Assembly (NCBI GenBank): GCA_022627515.1
Contig: JAKEGK010000125.1
Coordinates: forward strand, 1 to 54,789
DNA from: Gammaproteobacteria bacterium
GTDB lineage: Bacteria; Pseudomonadota; Gammaproteobacteria; SZUA-152
Reading direction: 5' to 3'
DNA length: 54,789 bases
The position numbers were made by a program, and so were the translations under genes. This document shows positions 1 through 13,900 of this stretch, one piece after another; positions within the stretch are counted from its first letter, which is position 1; every line of letters starts with the position of its first letter. A model generated the notes under the pieces. That model had not been told where the DNA came from. It saw nothing but the letters and a program-made list of their open reading frames with translations, and searched no databases.

Positions 1-1024
1 GGTCGTAGGACCGCGCAAAAGACGCTATTCCTTCCTCAAGCAGTTGCTCACATATCTGCTTCAGCCGCCTTCGCGCCAGATTTATCTCCATGCTGTCTTC
101 CAGTACTGACCGCACATTGCCGCGCGCCATAAATGTTTCGAGTGTTTCAGGAGGCATGGTGTTTATAGTCTCATCCCCAACCAAAGACTCGACATAGAGC
201 AATTCCGGATACTCGGGATTTTTGACACTGGTGCTGGCCCACAGCATACGTTGTTTGTTAGCACCCCGCGCAAACTGTTTCCGGTACTCCTCTGCCTGAA
301 TGATTTCATTGAATCGCTGATAAGCATGCTCGGCATTGGCCACCGCGATTTTTCCTTTCAGTTCGAGCGCCGCCGGGGAACCGATTTTGTCCAGCAAGGG
401 ATCCACCTTGCTGTCAATGCGGCTAACAAAAAATGAGGCCACCGAAGCAACATGTTTCGGATCAGGATTTTTTTGCAGGCCGCGCAGATAAGCGCCGGCG
501 ATAGCTTCGTATTGGGAGACCGAAAACAGCAACGTAACGTTCACGTTGATGTTCTCGGCTATCAATGTTTCAATGGCTGGAACAGCATTACTGGTAGCAG
601 GCACCTTGATCATGAGATTCGGACGTTTAACATGACGCCATAGCGTGCGCGCCGCTTCTATGGTTGCGTTGGTATCATTGGCAAGATGCGGTGAAACTTC
701 CAGGCTGACATAACCGTCCACACCCTCTGAACTGACATAAACGTCGTGCAACAGGTCAGCCGCCGCCTGTATATCCTGCAATGTGAGCCAATGGTAAAGT
801 ACATTGGCGTCTATGGCGTGGTCAGCCTGTATCAGATCACGAATGGCCGCGTCATAATCCCGGCTTTTCGTGATTGCCTTTTCGAAAATCGTGGGATTAC
901 TGGTAACTCCGCGCACGCCAAGCCCCACCATCTCCTTCAATCCGCCATTGTTAACCAGATTCCGGTCAATATAATCCAGCCACACCGATTGCCCGTGATC
1001 AAGCAGCGTCATAAGTTTTGACAC
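1..1024 (-). CDS. tal: Transaldolase (3' end runs off the window)
   Basis: Not in the ORF track because there is no stop codon in the window. Manual translation from GTG at 1024 (GGAGG upstream) gives GQSVWLDYI, GVTSNPTIFEKAI, GYVSLEVSPHLA, NLMIKVPAT, INVNVTLLFS, SVASFFVSRIDSKVD and QRMLWASTSVKNP, all transaldolase motifs. Confidence 0.95.
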   Translation of the reverse strand, partial: MSKLMTLLDHGQSVWLDYIDRNLVNNGGLKEMVGLGVRGVTSNPTIFEKAITKSRDYDAAIRDLIQADHAIDANVLYHWLTLQDIQAAADLLHDVYVSSEGVDGYVSLEVSPHLANDTNATIEAARTLWRHVKRPNLMIKVPATSNAVPAIETLIAENINVNVTLLFSVSQYEAIAGAYLRGLQKNPDPKHVASVASFFVSRIDSKVDPLLDKIGSPAALELKGKIAVANAEHAYQRFNEIIQAEEYRKQFARGANKQRMLWASTSVKNPEYPELLYVESLVGDETINTMPPETLETFMARGNVRSVLEDSMEINLARRRLKQICEQLLEEGIASFARSYD

Positions 1025-1081
1025 AGTACATCCCTCCTTTCCCTAAATGCACCAGAACATGCTATTACGGTTGCACTCAAA

Positions 1082-1471
1082 TTATTTTTCAGTTTCGATT
1101 TGCTCTTCCTTTATGAAACCTTCAGCCCATTCGTCTTCAGGTTCTTCTGGCGTCGCGGTTAATTTTTCCGCTTCCGGATCGCGGAACTCGGTTAAAGGCG
1201 CGGACCAGTCATCGCGGGAGGTATCGGTAACCTCCGTACCGAAGTCATCAATCTCGGCAATGTCCATAGCGCCACTCCAGTTTTCCGGCTCGTCACTCAG
1301 CTCAATATCAAGGTCGTACCAATCGTTCAAACTGAGCTCTTCGATATCACCGTCGAAATGCTGCAACTCGACGGTAGCGTCTTCTTCATTGAGCGCAGTC
1401 ACGGTAAAGCGTTGGCCTTTATCCAGATGGGCGTACCAGTTTCCAACTATAGGATCAATCTCGCGGGGCAT
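1082..1471 (-). CDS. Small acidic conserved hypothetical protein (DUF6763-like)
   Basis: 129-aa ORF with GAGG upstream. The pattern PIVGNWY...FTVTALNEE..TVELQHFDGDIEEL...W resembles DUF6763 (from memory). Very acidic tail. Confidence 0.65.
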   Translation of the reverse strand: MPREIDPIVGNWYAHLDKGQRFTVTALNEEDATVELQHFDGDIEELSLNDWYDLDIELSDEPENWSGAMDIAEIDDFGTEVTDTSRDDWSAPLTEFRDPEAEKLTATPEEPEDEWAEGFIKEEQIETEK

Positions 1472-1955
1472 GATGTATTTCCTCTTAAAATCCGAAGATT
1501 CCAGCTAATTTTAAATTTTAGTATACAAATATAAAGCATGAATTTCACAGGTTGGTTTTGACATAAATCCGATTTGTGTCAAATAAATTACGGATAAAAG
1601 ACACTGGAACAGCAATATATGATTTTTCACCTGCCAGAAGTTTTACTTGCCCTCTTGCAGTCACGGGTTTAATGGCGAATCCGTTTTTAAGCATTAATTT
1701 AGATGATGATTTAAAAAACTGTATAAACAGCGCAATCTGGATAACATATATACAATCATTGCATCCTTAACCGGCCAATAATGAAACATGTTATTCGAGA
1801 TCCTGAAAGAGGGGGGGAACGTAATGTTTCAGAATCCACTGCGGGACAGAGTGCCATCGTCAAATGACTCGACCGGGAACGCGGTCACGCCACCCTGACG
1901 TCATCGCGGAAAAAAATACTCCGGTAAATTTCCTTGAACCTGAATTGATGGTTAA

Positions 1956-4900
1956 CTAAAACTTGCCAATCACGTTGATAAACAGGCCGTGACTGTCGTA
2001 ATCCAGATCCGTCAGGTCATCGGAGAAATCCGTGAAGTTATAGCCGGCGCCCATCTTGATATGCCGGTCGAAATGGCTATAGATGGCTAGCAGAATACCG
2101 CTGCGGGAATCACCCGCGGCCGGTATGTCAAGCAGGCGGCCTTCCAGTAAGGCATCCCATTGATGGGCAAAATGCCAGTCGCCTCTTAAGATATATAGCG
2201 ACGCATCACTCGCAAAGAATTGCTGATTTTCACGGTCAAGGCTCAACTGACCGAAGCGATGCGCGTATTTGCCACCCAGGGTCCACTCGCGTGTCACGTC
2301 ATACATGACGTCAGCGGAAACCACATGGCTCTTCTGGATATATTGCGCGGCGCTATTGTTCAATGTTATCTGATCCGTACCTGGCATATTATAGAAGTAC
2401 GTGTATTTGAACAGCGCATTCAACGCATCATTACTGACAGGCCGGAACGCGTAACCCACCACCGCTTCGGTAAAATTGCCGTTGTAAAAATCACCGAGCG
2501 AGCTTTCACTTTGCGAGTAATTCAGTTTTCCGATAATCCGCCAGTCCGGGTTCAACTGGTACTTGATGCTGTTTTTCATCAACCATGTCGTGCGTTCGGC
2601 GAAGGTGGTATCCGGCTGTTCCGTTTCGTCAACGCGGTATTCCAAAGCGCCCGCATACGTGAATGATTCAAACTTATAGCCAATCTTGAAACCTGCCGCG
2701 GTGCGGTTGGTTTCAGCGCCGGTGTTGTTATCCTTGAGTGTGCCGATATCAATGTGGCCGCCTAAGTTCAGGTTGTCAGTCACGGCAAGGTCAACACCCA
2801 TTGCGTGGGTCAGCCCGGTTGGCACATCGCCATGCGTATAGCGTTCTTCCAGGTAGATGCTGGCGCTATCGGAGTACTGGCTCTTGAATCCGGTCGCCAT
2901 ATTGCCCTGGCGCGCTTTAACACCGTTGTCCGTGCGTTCATTCTCCAGCGCATAGCTGACATAAAGATCCGTGGCGTCCGTCATCCTGTAGCCGCTGCCA
3001 AGTTTGACGGCTGTACCCAGATCACCAGAGGATAATTCACCATCCAGTTTGAAACGGTCTGTGGCGCGGTATTCGCCGCCTACACCCACGCGGCCGTTAT
3101 CGTCACGATTACCATCAACTTTGGCAGTATCCTGAATATAACCATAGGCCAGCCAATGCTCGCGGGAATCGAACGTTGTTCTGAACGCTACATCAGTACG
3201 CTCACCCTCTTGCTGGGTCAGAGGCGCGGTAGGTGAATTGTCGGTGCGTTTGTCATTGCGCACGCCTAATCCGAAAGTCCAGTGCTCACCCATGAGATAA
3301 TCAACATTCATTTCGAGGGCTTCCGACTCAAGCGCGTTTTCCTGTTCCATCGCATCGGCCTTGAGTTTGACATTCACGGATTCATACACCGGCATTTGCA
3401 GCATTACACCAGTCTGCGTGGTATCGGTCAGTGCGATCAGTCCGGGCGCGGAATATCCTGCATCCAATTGCTGGTTAAAGAAAGTTAGCGTGCCGTTTAT
3501 GCCATCAAAGATATCTTCCATACGGATGCTGATATCCACCCGTTGGCCTTTGGCCTCAACATCAGTGCCGGGCGCTAACGCAAATTCGTTAAACTGGTAA
3601 CCGCCGTCCGTGGAGGACAGTGTCGAAGACACCAGGCCCAGACTGTTGGACTGTTCCAGTTTAAGCCAGGTGCCGGCGGTTTTTCTAAACGTTAAATCAT
3701 AGGCGCTAAGACTGGTTTCATTGCCGGCTGAGTCCTGATCCTCCATCGTGAATCCCAGTTTCGCAAGATCGTTAATCCAGTAATGCATCCGGCCGCCGGT
3801 GGTTACATCGTTCAGCTCTTCAAATCCGGGTGTGTATTCGTAACGCACCAGCAGGTAAGCATGATTGCCGCCATAGTCTCTGCTGTCGACCAGGGTGTCG
3901 GATGCCGCCGATGCGGAAAGCGGTTCACTGAGCATAATCCGCCCCTGAATATAATCGATATCATAGTCCAGGCCATGGGTCAGGTTTTTCACGCCAACCA
4001 CCAGTCCGGATACCGCGTCACGGATTTCTATGCGCACCCGCTCGGAACCGGTGAGGATATCCTGGTGCCGCAGATAGTACAGTGACCCGCCGGTGCCGCG
4101 GAATTCGTCCCGCCCCGCCAGGGTACCCGGTTCAGCGGCAAACAGGTTGGCGGCAAAGCGCTTCTCGCCAAAGGCTGTGGCAGCAGTGGTTTCATAGTTG
4201 ATGTTTGCGCCATAGAGGCCACGGTCCACGTGGGCAAGATTGTTATCCAGGTAGGCAATATCGAAGTTGCCCCACAAGCCATAGTTCCAGTCTTTTTGCC
4301 ATTTCAAGTAGAACTTGCCGGATGTCGGCGCGTCCTCTTCCACGGTGCTGTCGTCACCGAAGGTCGGATAGTAATAATCCGGATCAATGCGGCGGAACAA
4401 GGCCTCGGGGGACTTGTTCATGAAGTTGGAGAACAACTCATCCACCGGTCCTTCACGGGTATCGGCACTGGCGGTCAGCACCGAGTCATTGGCAAACCTG
4501 CCTTTAATATAGAAAGCCAGGCGGCCGTCGATGCCAAACTCACCGCGGTAATCATCGTCATTGCCGGTAACCAGTTGCGCCGGTCCACTGGTTTCGTCCT
4601 GGCTGGCGGTCAAGTCCGCAATACCGACGTAGAACCAGTCAGTTTTATCCAAAGATAAGTCGCGTTGATAAACGCTGCCGTTACCCGCATCATCGGTGAT
4701 GGCCACTTCCACGGTATGCAGGCCGGAAGGCAGAATAAACTCGCCGGTGAACTCGCCATTGCCGGCTACAGGCAGTTCACGTCCCGCAAACCACAGCTTA
4801 AAGCCTTGCGGAACATCCTGGCCGTAAATCCGGACCGCACCACCATGCAAGGGAATGTTATTCAGCGCCAGTCGGTTCTCGCCGTAACCCACCAGTAATT

Positions 4901-7900
4901 CCTTCTGATAATCGCGGGCGCTGTAATCGGTCTCCAGCCAGTCGAGTACCCATAGCTTCTGTTCCGCGGTTTCGTCAAAATTACCCTGTTTGTCATAGAC
5001 GCGCAGCACGTAGTTCAATTCCGTGCGTGGTGTTGTGTAACTGTCCGGACCGGCTTCCCACTCCGCCTCCCCATATTGGTTTATCGGGATAATGAAAGCT
5101 GGCGTATCACGTGTGGATTTTCCGGCGCCAAACAGCCGCACTTCCGCCCTGGTGATAAATGCCGGATAGTTGCTGTATAGCTTGAAATGCGTGCGGTTTT
5201 CCACGAACGCAGTCTCCGCGTTGTCAACCTGGTTGATCACATTGGGCCACGCCGTAACGTTAAGGCGTGGCTTCACCTGCAGGTTGTCAAACTTGAAGCG
5301 CACCTGCGCCCTGTCCAGCTCAACGTCGGTGCAGCGCTGCACATCGGGAATGTTCTTGTTTGGATCGTCAACCGGCTGACCGTCCACGGAGATGCGCATC
5401 AGGTTCAAGGCATACGGATTTTTGGTTTCCACATCACGGGTAAAGCGTTTGATTGAAACGCCTTCCATTTCATCCAGCACCGCCAGTTCATCGTAGACGA
5501 CCAGCACTTCGACCTTGGACTGATCCAGCTCGACAAAGCCGGTGTTCACTACGTCATGCGACTGCACGTAACCATGTCCTTCAAACTGAACCTGTTTATC
5601 CGGCAAGCTCATTTGCTGCTGGATGAGTTCCATGGCGCGGCGCGCGCGCGCCGTGGACAGGCCGATGTCATCGCCATAAACCATGGCGGTGCGGCGGTCG
5701 AGGCGTTTATTACTGGTGTAGCCGATAAAGCGCAGCCGCACATTACCCTCGTTTTTGATATCGTCCATGGCGCGTTGCAGGCGTTTGACATAACCTTCCG
5801 GAACCACTGGCTGACCGTTTTCAAAATAAAGGGGCGGTATGTCGCCTTCCGGCGGATTGTAAATACGTTCCACGGTTTCGGCGCCAGCCGCTTCCGGACA
5901 GATCTGCGGTTCATCCGGCAAATCTTCCAGCGGATCATCGTGCCAGAATTCCACTTCAACACGCCGGTTCAGGGTGCGGCCTTTCTCGGAATTGTTGGAC
6001 GCCAGCGGCTGACTTGAACCTTTACCGGTGCTGTCAATGGCGGTGTTGGGCAGTCCCAGAGCTTCCTGCACCGCAATAGCAACGCGTCGCGCGTTGGCTT
6101 TTGAAAGTCCCTCGTGATCGCCGTAGATGCGTTCGTCGCGGCCGGTTAACGGTATGTTATCGGTGTAGCCAATAAAGCGCATTTGCACGTTATCCTTGCC
6201 GGACAAGTTAGCCAGCGCCTGTTTCAGTTGATTGATAAACTGCGCGGGAATTTCCGACACGCCTTCATCGTAATGAAACGGCGGCACCAGATTTTTCAGT
6301 TTGGCGCGGCGGGAATGGCCTTCCTTGTAACGCAGCTTACACATGGTTTCCACGCGGCAAACCATGATGCGCTTGATGTCCTTATCGAGTTCAACCTGCC
6401 GTTCCACCTGCTCTTCACTGACTTCGTCGTACCATACTTCAACTTCCACACGGCGGTTGCGCGCCCTGCCCGCTTCAGTATCATTACTGTCGGCCGGTTT
6501 TGTTTCGCCCAATCCTTCATAGGAGATGGCTTCCGGCGGCAATAACAGCGCGCGCTGGAAGAATTCCGCCGTGGTGCCGGCCCGCTCCCTGGAAAGGCCC
6601 ATGTTGTCTTCGTATTGCTGTTTCAATTCACCAAACAGCGGCACGTTATCGGTATGACCCACGAAGTGCAGGCGCACGTTGACGCGGCCGCGCATGGTAT
6701 TGAGCACTTCCCGCAATTTGTTGACGTAGTCTTCCGAAATATCCGCAGTGCCGGATTTGAACAAAATGGGCGGAACCAGGTTGTTCAGTTTTTTCGTGTT
6801 ATATTTCTTTTCCGTAACCTGTTGTGTTTCAATCGTTGGGACATCATCGTTCTTGTAAACGCTGGTATCCATCCAGGGCGTATAAGTGTAACCGTAAGGC
6901 AGTTGCATTTCGGTGTCTTCGCCAAAGGTGGAACGGTTCAGCACACCGGACGCGTAGTCCAGCGTATCGATACTTGAGCCATTATCCACCGGTCCGCCAT
7001 GACGCCAGAACACCTCGGTTTCAATTACAAGTTCATTAACGCTGACATCTTTCCATTTATCCAGGATCGCTTCCTTCAGCGCTTTTAGCCGGTCATCCAC
7101 CAGACCCGCCGGTTCCACATCCGCCAGGTAAGTAATACGTAATACGGAAGCTTGCTTGCGTAATTCTTCAACGAGTAAACCTAGCCGCGGCGTCCATTGC
7201 GGACGTACTTGTGCCGAATCGGGATGGAATACACCATCGGCTACGCTCAATGTCACCACGTGATGCACGGTAGCGCCGAAGTTAAAGCGCGCCATTTTGC
7301 CCCGGGTGAGGCGTTGCACGTGCGGATTTTCCGTCGTGACCCGGTAACCGCTGGGCAGGGATCTTTCATCCAGTTTGAGAATAAAGTTACCGCCCCGGTC
7401 TTCGTCAGGCACGGCGGCGCAGGTTACATGGAAGCGGCCATGTTCGTCCGTGGTAACCAGCAATCCGCGCGCCGTCGCAAGCCGCGCACCGGCAATGCCG
7501 GTTTCACCCTCATCCTGATAACCATTGAGGTTCCGGTCATCAAACACTTTACCGATAATATCAGAACAATCAAACGTGGGATCAGGCACGACCCGTACCG
7601 TGGCGCTGGCTTCGCCGGACACGTTAGCCGCGGTCAAGTTACTGTATACATGGGCGCGATTGACATATTCACCTTCCTGAACACCGGCGCCGACAACCAG
7701 TAACAATTCCAATGTATACGTGGTGTCGACTTCGATAGATGCCACATCCCAAATTAACCGCAGATTATTCAGCACCGGTTCCGTCGAAGTTCCATTAAGA
7801 CGCGCTGAACCTTCCACGTATTTAAATCCGGGCGGCAGGCTATCAATGATCGACACATTCGTCAGCGGCACCGGCAAGGTGTTGTTTACCGAAATCGTAT

Positions 7901-10900
7901 AGGGAACCAGATCGCCCCTGCTGACATTAACCATCGGTGTTGTTTTGGTGATTGTCACCACCTGCCCCAGATCGGGATCCAACGGAATATGATTATTGAA
8001 CAGCTGGCTTTCACCGGGGATTTGTCCGTTATCCAGTGTCAAATGCAAGTGATAGTTGGTGCCGGCAGTGCGTGGTGCGATAGATAATGGCGGCAGATCC
8101 GCAAACGTCTGTACCTCGCAATGGTTGGTGGTTGCCGGCACCGCGTCATCAATACTGCCCAGGCAACCGGGCGCCGAAAATGGCGTGGTCGCAGCATTGG
8201 TTAACGGCGGTATCGCCACTGACTCGCCACCCACGTAGCCGGACGGCGGCGGCGTCACGCGGATCAGATAATCGCTGCTATTGTTACATTCGGGTTCGTT
8301 AAAGTTGATATCAAACTTGTAAAACCCGTCCGCCAATGTAACCTGGTTTTGCTGAGCCTGATCATTGAAACAATTACCTGGTAACAGCGTATTGGTAGAT
8401 GCGCGCAACATGGCAACCGTAGCGCCTGCCACCGGTATGCGCACAATGGAATTGTAGATGACACCATCAGGATCAATCGGCAGGTTCAGATCCAGCAGAT
8501 TGGTATTGGGATAGAGAATAATGTCATAGATACGTTGCAACGCATTGGTAAAAGCCGAAGAAGCCTCTCCCAGCTTGGCTGCCGTGGCAGTGGCGCCGGG
8601 TGCGACAAAACGCAATTCGTACCGGTCGGGACTATAATAGTTCGCCGCCAAACCATTAATCTGGTATTGACCGTTGACATCTGTCGACACGCTGTGCAAC
8701 AGGTTGCCTCTGAAATAAACTTCGACGCGCCAGTTTTCCAGCGTGCGCTCGCCGCTGTTGTCAAACACATCATCGAAATTGGCGTCATGCCACACCCGGC
8801 CGTTGAGATTGGCAACTCCCGACATAGCGCCGATATCGATGGAGACACTGGCGGATGCCGTCTGGGTCATGGCATTCCAGTACACCTGCGCGGTATTGAT
8901 AACGGCCTGGCCGATGGGGAGATTGGCATCCAGTAATACCCTGAAACGCAGCTCAACAACCTGATTCGGCTGCAACAAGCCATAAGTATTGCCGTAATCC
9001 GCGGTAATCGTGGGCGCGAGGTAAGTAACACCCGTGGTGAATCCATTCATTGTCGCCGAACCGGCCACATAAGTCTTATGACCGGGAACCGGCAGATCCA
9101 GGTTATCGTAAATTACCACATTCGTTGCCGGCACCGTGCTCACGTTGGTGACACGTACTACGTATTCGAGCTGACCGCCTGCAACGGCGGGGCCGCCGCC
9201 AACAACCATCACCGCTTTGGTGATTGCCAGTTGCTGCGCGTTGCCGACCGCAATTAATGTGGGCTGACGACCGTTTGATGGAATACCATCGGCGTCGGTA
9301 AGTTCCCGCGGCAACTCATTGCTGTCGATGTATCCCTGGTTACTGATAATGGTGCCGGACGGTGTTGCGGCATTAACTACCACATCAAAGGTGATAACCG
9401 CCGTTCCGCCGGGCGATAGATATCCCACTACCGGCAGCGGCGGTGTCAGATCCGACGAACTGACCGGTATACCGGCAATCAACGGCGATATGCCGTTATC
9501 CGGTTGCGCGACCGGCAGACCGTTCAGGTAAACGGAATCGGGTACATACGCGGTGTCATTCGGGACGGCGTCGGTGAATATCACACCGGTGGCATCCACA
9601 CCGCCATAGTTGGTTATCGTAACGGTATAACGCAGCACATCATTAGGATCGACAATACCTGGTGTGCTGTTATCCTCCTGCAAGGCCACTGTTTTCACTG
9701 CGATGATCAACGGCAGGCTACCCACCACATCGAGCGTTGGATCATCGGGCGTTGGAGTCGCCGGATCATCGGAAGGTTGTTGCGCAATGGGGCCGCTGTT
9801 ACCCGCACCGTCGGCATTGACATAACCCTGGTTTGAGATAATCGTGCCGCTAATCACATCGGCATTGATCATCACATCAAAGGTAATGGTTGCGACATTA
9901 TCCGTGGCGGCGCCGGCATCGGCTCGCATGAAACCGGCCGTGGTGTTTTCCGGCGCGTTGATCAGCATGCCGCTTTCAATGGCTGAGACACCCGCGGACG
10001 GATCGGCAACCGTGACACCATTCAGCGTGGTGGTGCCGGCAATGTAAGTGGTATTGTTGGGAATGGTATCCTGCAGCAGGGTGCTGACCGCGTTTTCATT
10101 ACCGATGTTCTTCACGGTAATGGTGTAACGCAGCGTTTCGCCGGGCAGCAGTTCCGTGGGCGAACCGGTGATGTCGTCCGATATTTTTTGCACCTGGAAC
10201 CGTGGGGCGGACGCGATCAGGGTTTGTGTCGGATCTTCATCGCCAATGACACTGGGATTGTCCGCGCCATTAACATTGGGGTCATCGCTGGGCAGCGGGG
10301 TCAGGTTGTAAATCTGCAATTGCGCCTGGTTCAGCGCCAGCGTACCGCTATCAATTACAGAAACCAGAGTCACGTCAAATTCAATGGTGACACTGTCATT
10401 GCCGCCACCGGCAACCGTCATCGACAGATTGCGCACTTCCAATAGTCCGGTACCATTCGCACCACCGTTCGGATTGGTGTTGGAAATATCGGCGCCCGCC
10501 GGTACACTGATGATAGTCAAGCTTCCCGGTACAAACAGCGCCGGACTGTTTAAGCGGTCCACTTCGTCAAGGATGGAAAAGACAGGCACGTCCACCGGAC
10601 TGACATTGGTGGCCACGATGCGGTAACGCAGAGTATCGCCCGGCGAAGCATCGGCGCCCGGATCCTGGCCGGTAGTGGTGTTTATAACGTACTTCTGGAA
10701 CTGGATGATCGGTGACTCGGTAACCGTGGTATAGGCATCTTCATGGTCCAGCGTACCAGCCGTGCCGTCAGTGATCGCTCTTGAATAGGTACGGATTTCT
10801 CCCGTGGCGCCGGCTCCCGCGGTATCACCGCTGAACCACTCTGTTACCCCTGCAATATTGGTTAACGAAGTATTATTGGCGGAATCCGTATCCAGGGTTA

Positions 10901-13900
10901 CATCATAGTTAATAATCAGGCGATGATCGGCCGGAATAGCCGCCGCAGGTGTCAGCATCGTCAGGATCAACGTACAGATAGGTGTGCCTGTGGCAAAGTT
11001 AACGGTAAAGTCTGTGTTTTCCACCAGCGGCGCACCGGCGGCAGTGACACCATCCGCCAGGTATAACTGCGCGGAAATATTGTAGGGCGCCACATCGCAC
11101 ATGCCACCGGGAACAGGATTGGGTATATAGTCGGTAATCGTTGCATCGTAGGCATCACCCGTTCCGGCGTTATGCACATTAAGGGTAAATGAGGCGGGCA
11201 AGCCCACACGCATGGTGGCAGGTCCGGATTTTTCCAGTGTTAAATTGTCAGGACCTGCTATGGTCATGTTGGCCGTAGTCGCTGGCGAACCGTTTTGTTG
11301 CGTGGCCGGAGTATTGGCTAACTGGTTATAGGTGTAATTCGCGGTATTGTTAAACAACAGGCCGCTGACATTCGTTGCGGTGTTATCTACCTGCACGGTA
11401 ATGTCGATCACCGCCTGCTCACCGGCCGGAATGTCGATACCGTTTGACGTGTCTTCAATCACCAGACTGGTGACAGTACCGGTATTCACCGGCGTCCACG
11501 GCTGTGACCCGCTGATCTTGGTAACACTGACAAAACTCAGATCAGCCGCCGGTGCACCAAGGTCATCCAGAATACGCACATCATGTAACGTCACTGGTAT
11601 AGGCGTTGCGGGAACGGTAATGCGGTAGGTAAAAGTCTCACCAACAGAAACTATCGTGTCCGCCGGATTAGCCTTCGCCAGTGCGCCAACGACCGGTGAA
11701 GTCAGTGAGGTGGTTGCCGTGTTAGTGGGTCCATAAATTTCCCTTACGCCGTTGATGCCACCCAGAACCGGCGCTGCTTCATCATCAAACGAATAATAAT
11801 TGATACCCGTGACGGCATTAGTCAGAGTGAGCCCGGCGCCCAAATCGGCATCGGCTTGCGCCTGGTAAACGATGGTAAGTGTTTCGCCCGCCCCAATGGT
11901 ATAGGCATCAGCAACACCGCTATCAAAACTCCAAATGGCAATCCCCGTTACCGGATCGTATGTTGGCGCTACATTAGCAACAGGACCACCCGCCAATGTG
12001 GTGCTCACCATGGTTATGGTTGCGGCGCCGTTACGCATGCCCGCGGGAATGACATCCTGCAATACCAGATCATAGGCCGGGGCCGTACCGCTGTTGACCA
12101 TATTCACTGTGTAAGTCACCAGTTCATTGGCATTGATAATTGTATCTCCACCAGCGGGCGCCGCGGATTTATTTACTGTCAGCAGCGGCTGCAGTACGGT
12201 AATAACTGTATCGATATCGGAATTTGTCGTCGTGCCGGACACTGTGTCATAGCTTGCGGTTACGGTATTGTTCAACGGCGTGGAATTAATCTGCGGGAAT
12301 ACGTTATCCATAACCCGCGCCCGGTACACGATGACAAAGTCGTTTGCCGTATCGTCAACGGGTTGATTGGTCACATTACCGAAGCTCCAGGTTACCGTGG
12401 TGGGGCCGGTGGCGGGATTACCCGCCTCCACAGCGGCGACGAAATCAGCATGGGTAAACGGCGCAACAGCACTATACGGCGCGGTGGTGTCTCCGTTGAT
12501 GCTGACGATGCCCGCGAAGTCCAGACCTTGTGGCAGAGTATCAACCAGCTGAAGATTCGCCAGTGTTCCTTCAGGTACCGTCAATGTCAATGCGTACTCG
12601 ACAATGTCACCGATCCGCGCGTTATCGTCACCAGCGCCATAGGTATCGCTGCTGCGAACCTTGGTAATTGGGGCATTGATGTTTGGGGAGTTTAGTGTCT
12701 CTGTTGCCGGCGCCGTGATGTAGTCGTTGAGCCCGCCGATGCCATCCAAGCCGTTACGCTCATACAGGCTCAAGCCGTCGATACCGGTCCATTCTGCAAC
12801 CACGCTATTGTTGAGCACCTGTCCCGCGAGCACATTGTTAAGTAAACGCACATCGTATTCGAATGCAATGGGGGTGCCTTCGGCAATGTCGATGTCGGCA
12901 TTGCCATCCGCCAGGCTCCAGACCAGTGTTTGCGGTGTGGTGATACCATCACCTGTGATAACTGGCGCGCCGATGGTATTGCCGGCGCCAGTCACGGTGG
13001 GATTGCCTTCGTAAACCAGCCCGAGATCCAGGTTGTCGGTTATGGTAACGTCAAACACGTCCGAAGAATCGGCGCCACCAACAGCCGTCAATGCCACGGA
13101 GTAACGTACGACTTCACCGGCGCTGGGCGTGAGATTGTTTGCAGTCTTGGTAATATTGCTGATATGCGGCTCGACGATATTGATCGTCACTATGTCAGTA
13201 CTGACCAATACTTGCTGTGTTGCCCCGATCGGCGTGAAGGTATACGTATACGACACTGTGTTGTCAATATCAACACCTTGCTGAGCGGCCAGTGTGTTTC
13301 GTACACGGGCGTGCAACTCGATCACTGCCTGATCCCCGGCCGGCATTTCCGCGATTGCGATGTTCATCTGGGTTGCGGTGCTGGTGTCTATCACACCAAT
13401 ACCGCCCGTGACATTTACGCTGACAAATTCGAGGTTCGCATCGAGCGTATCAGTAATCTGCAGGTTGTACAGCGTAGTGGCGCTTACTGCACCAGGCACA
13501 GTGATTTGATATATCACTTCCTCGCCAATGGTTGCTTCCGGACTGCCAGGTGCGGGCGAGATCAATACTTTGGTGGGCGGCGCACTGGTATATAAAGTGG
13601 TGGTTGCAATATTACCGGGACCATATATTTCGCGTATACCACTCACGGCTCCCAGCACCGGCACGGCTTCGTCATCGAATGAAAAATAACTGCTTACCAG
13701 CGCCGCATTGATCAGCGCCAAACCCTGCGCGATGGTGCTATCGGCCTGTACCTGGTAAACAATCGTGAGAGTTTCACCAGCGTCAATGGTATAAGCATCG
13801 GCAACACCGGTATCAAAATTCCAGGTAGCAATCCCGGTTCCGGGATTGTATACGGGTACAACATCTGTTACACCCGCGCCCGCCAGGGTGGTGCTCACCA

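Noticed and set aside
251-1508. Plus-strand ORFs of 61-153 aa
   Set aside because: They are antisense shadows of the transaldolase and the 129-aa gene, and carry no motifs of their own.
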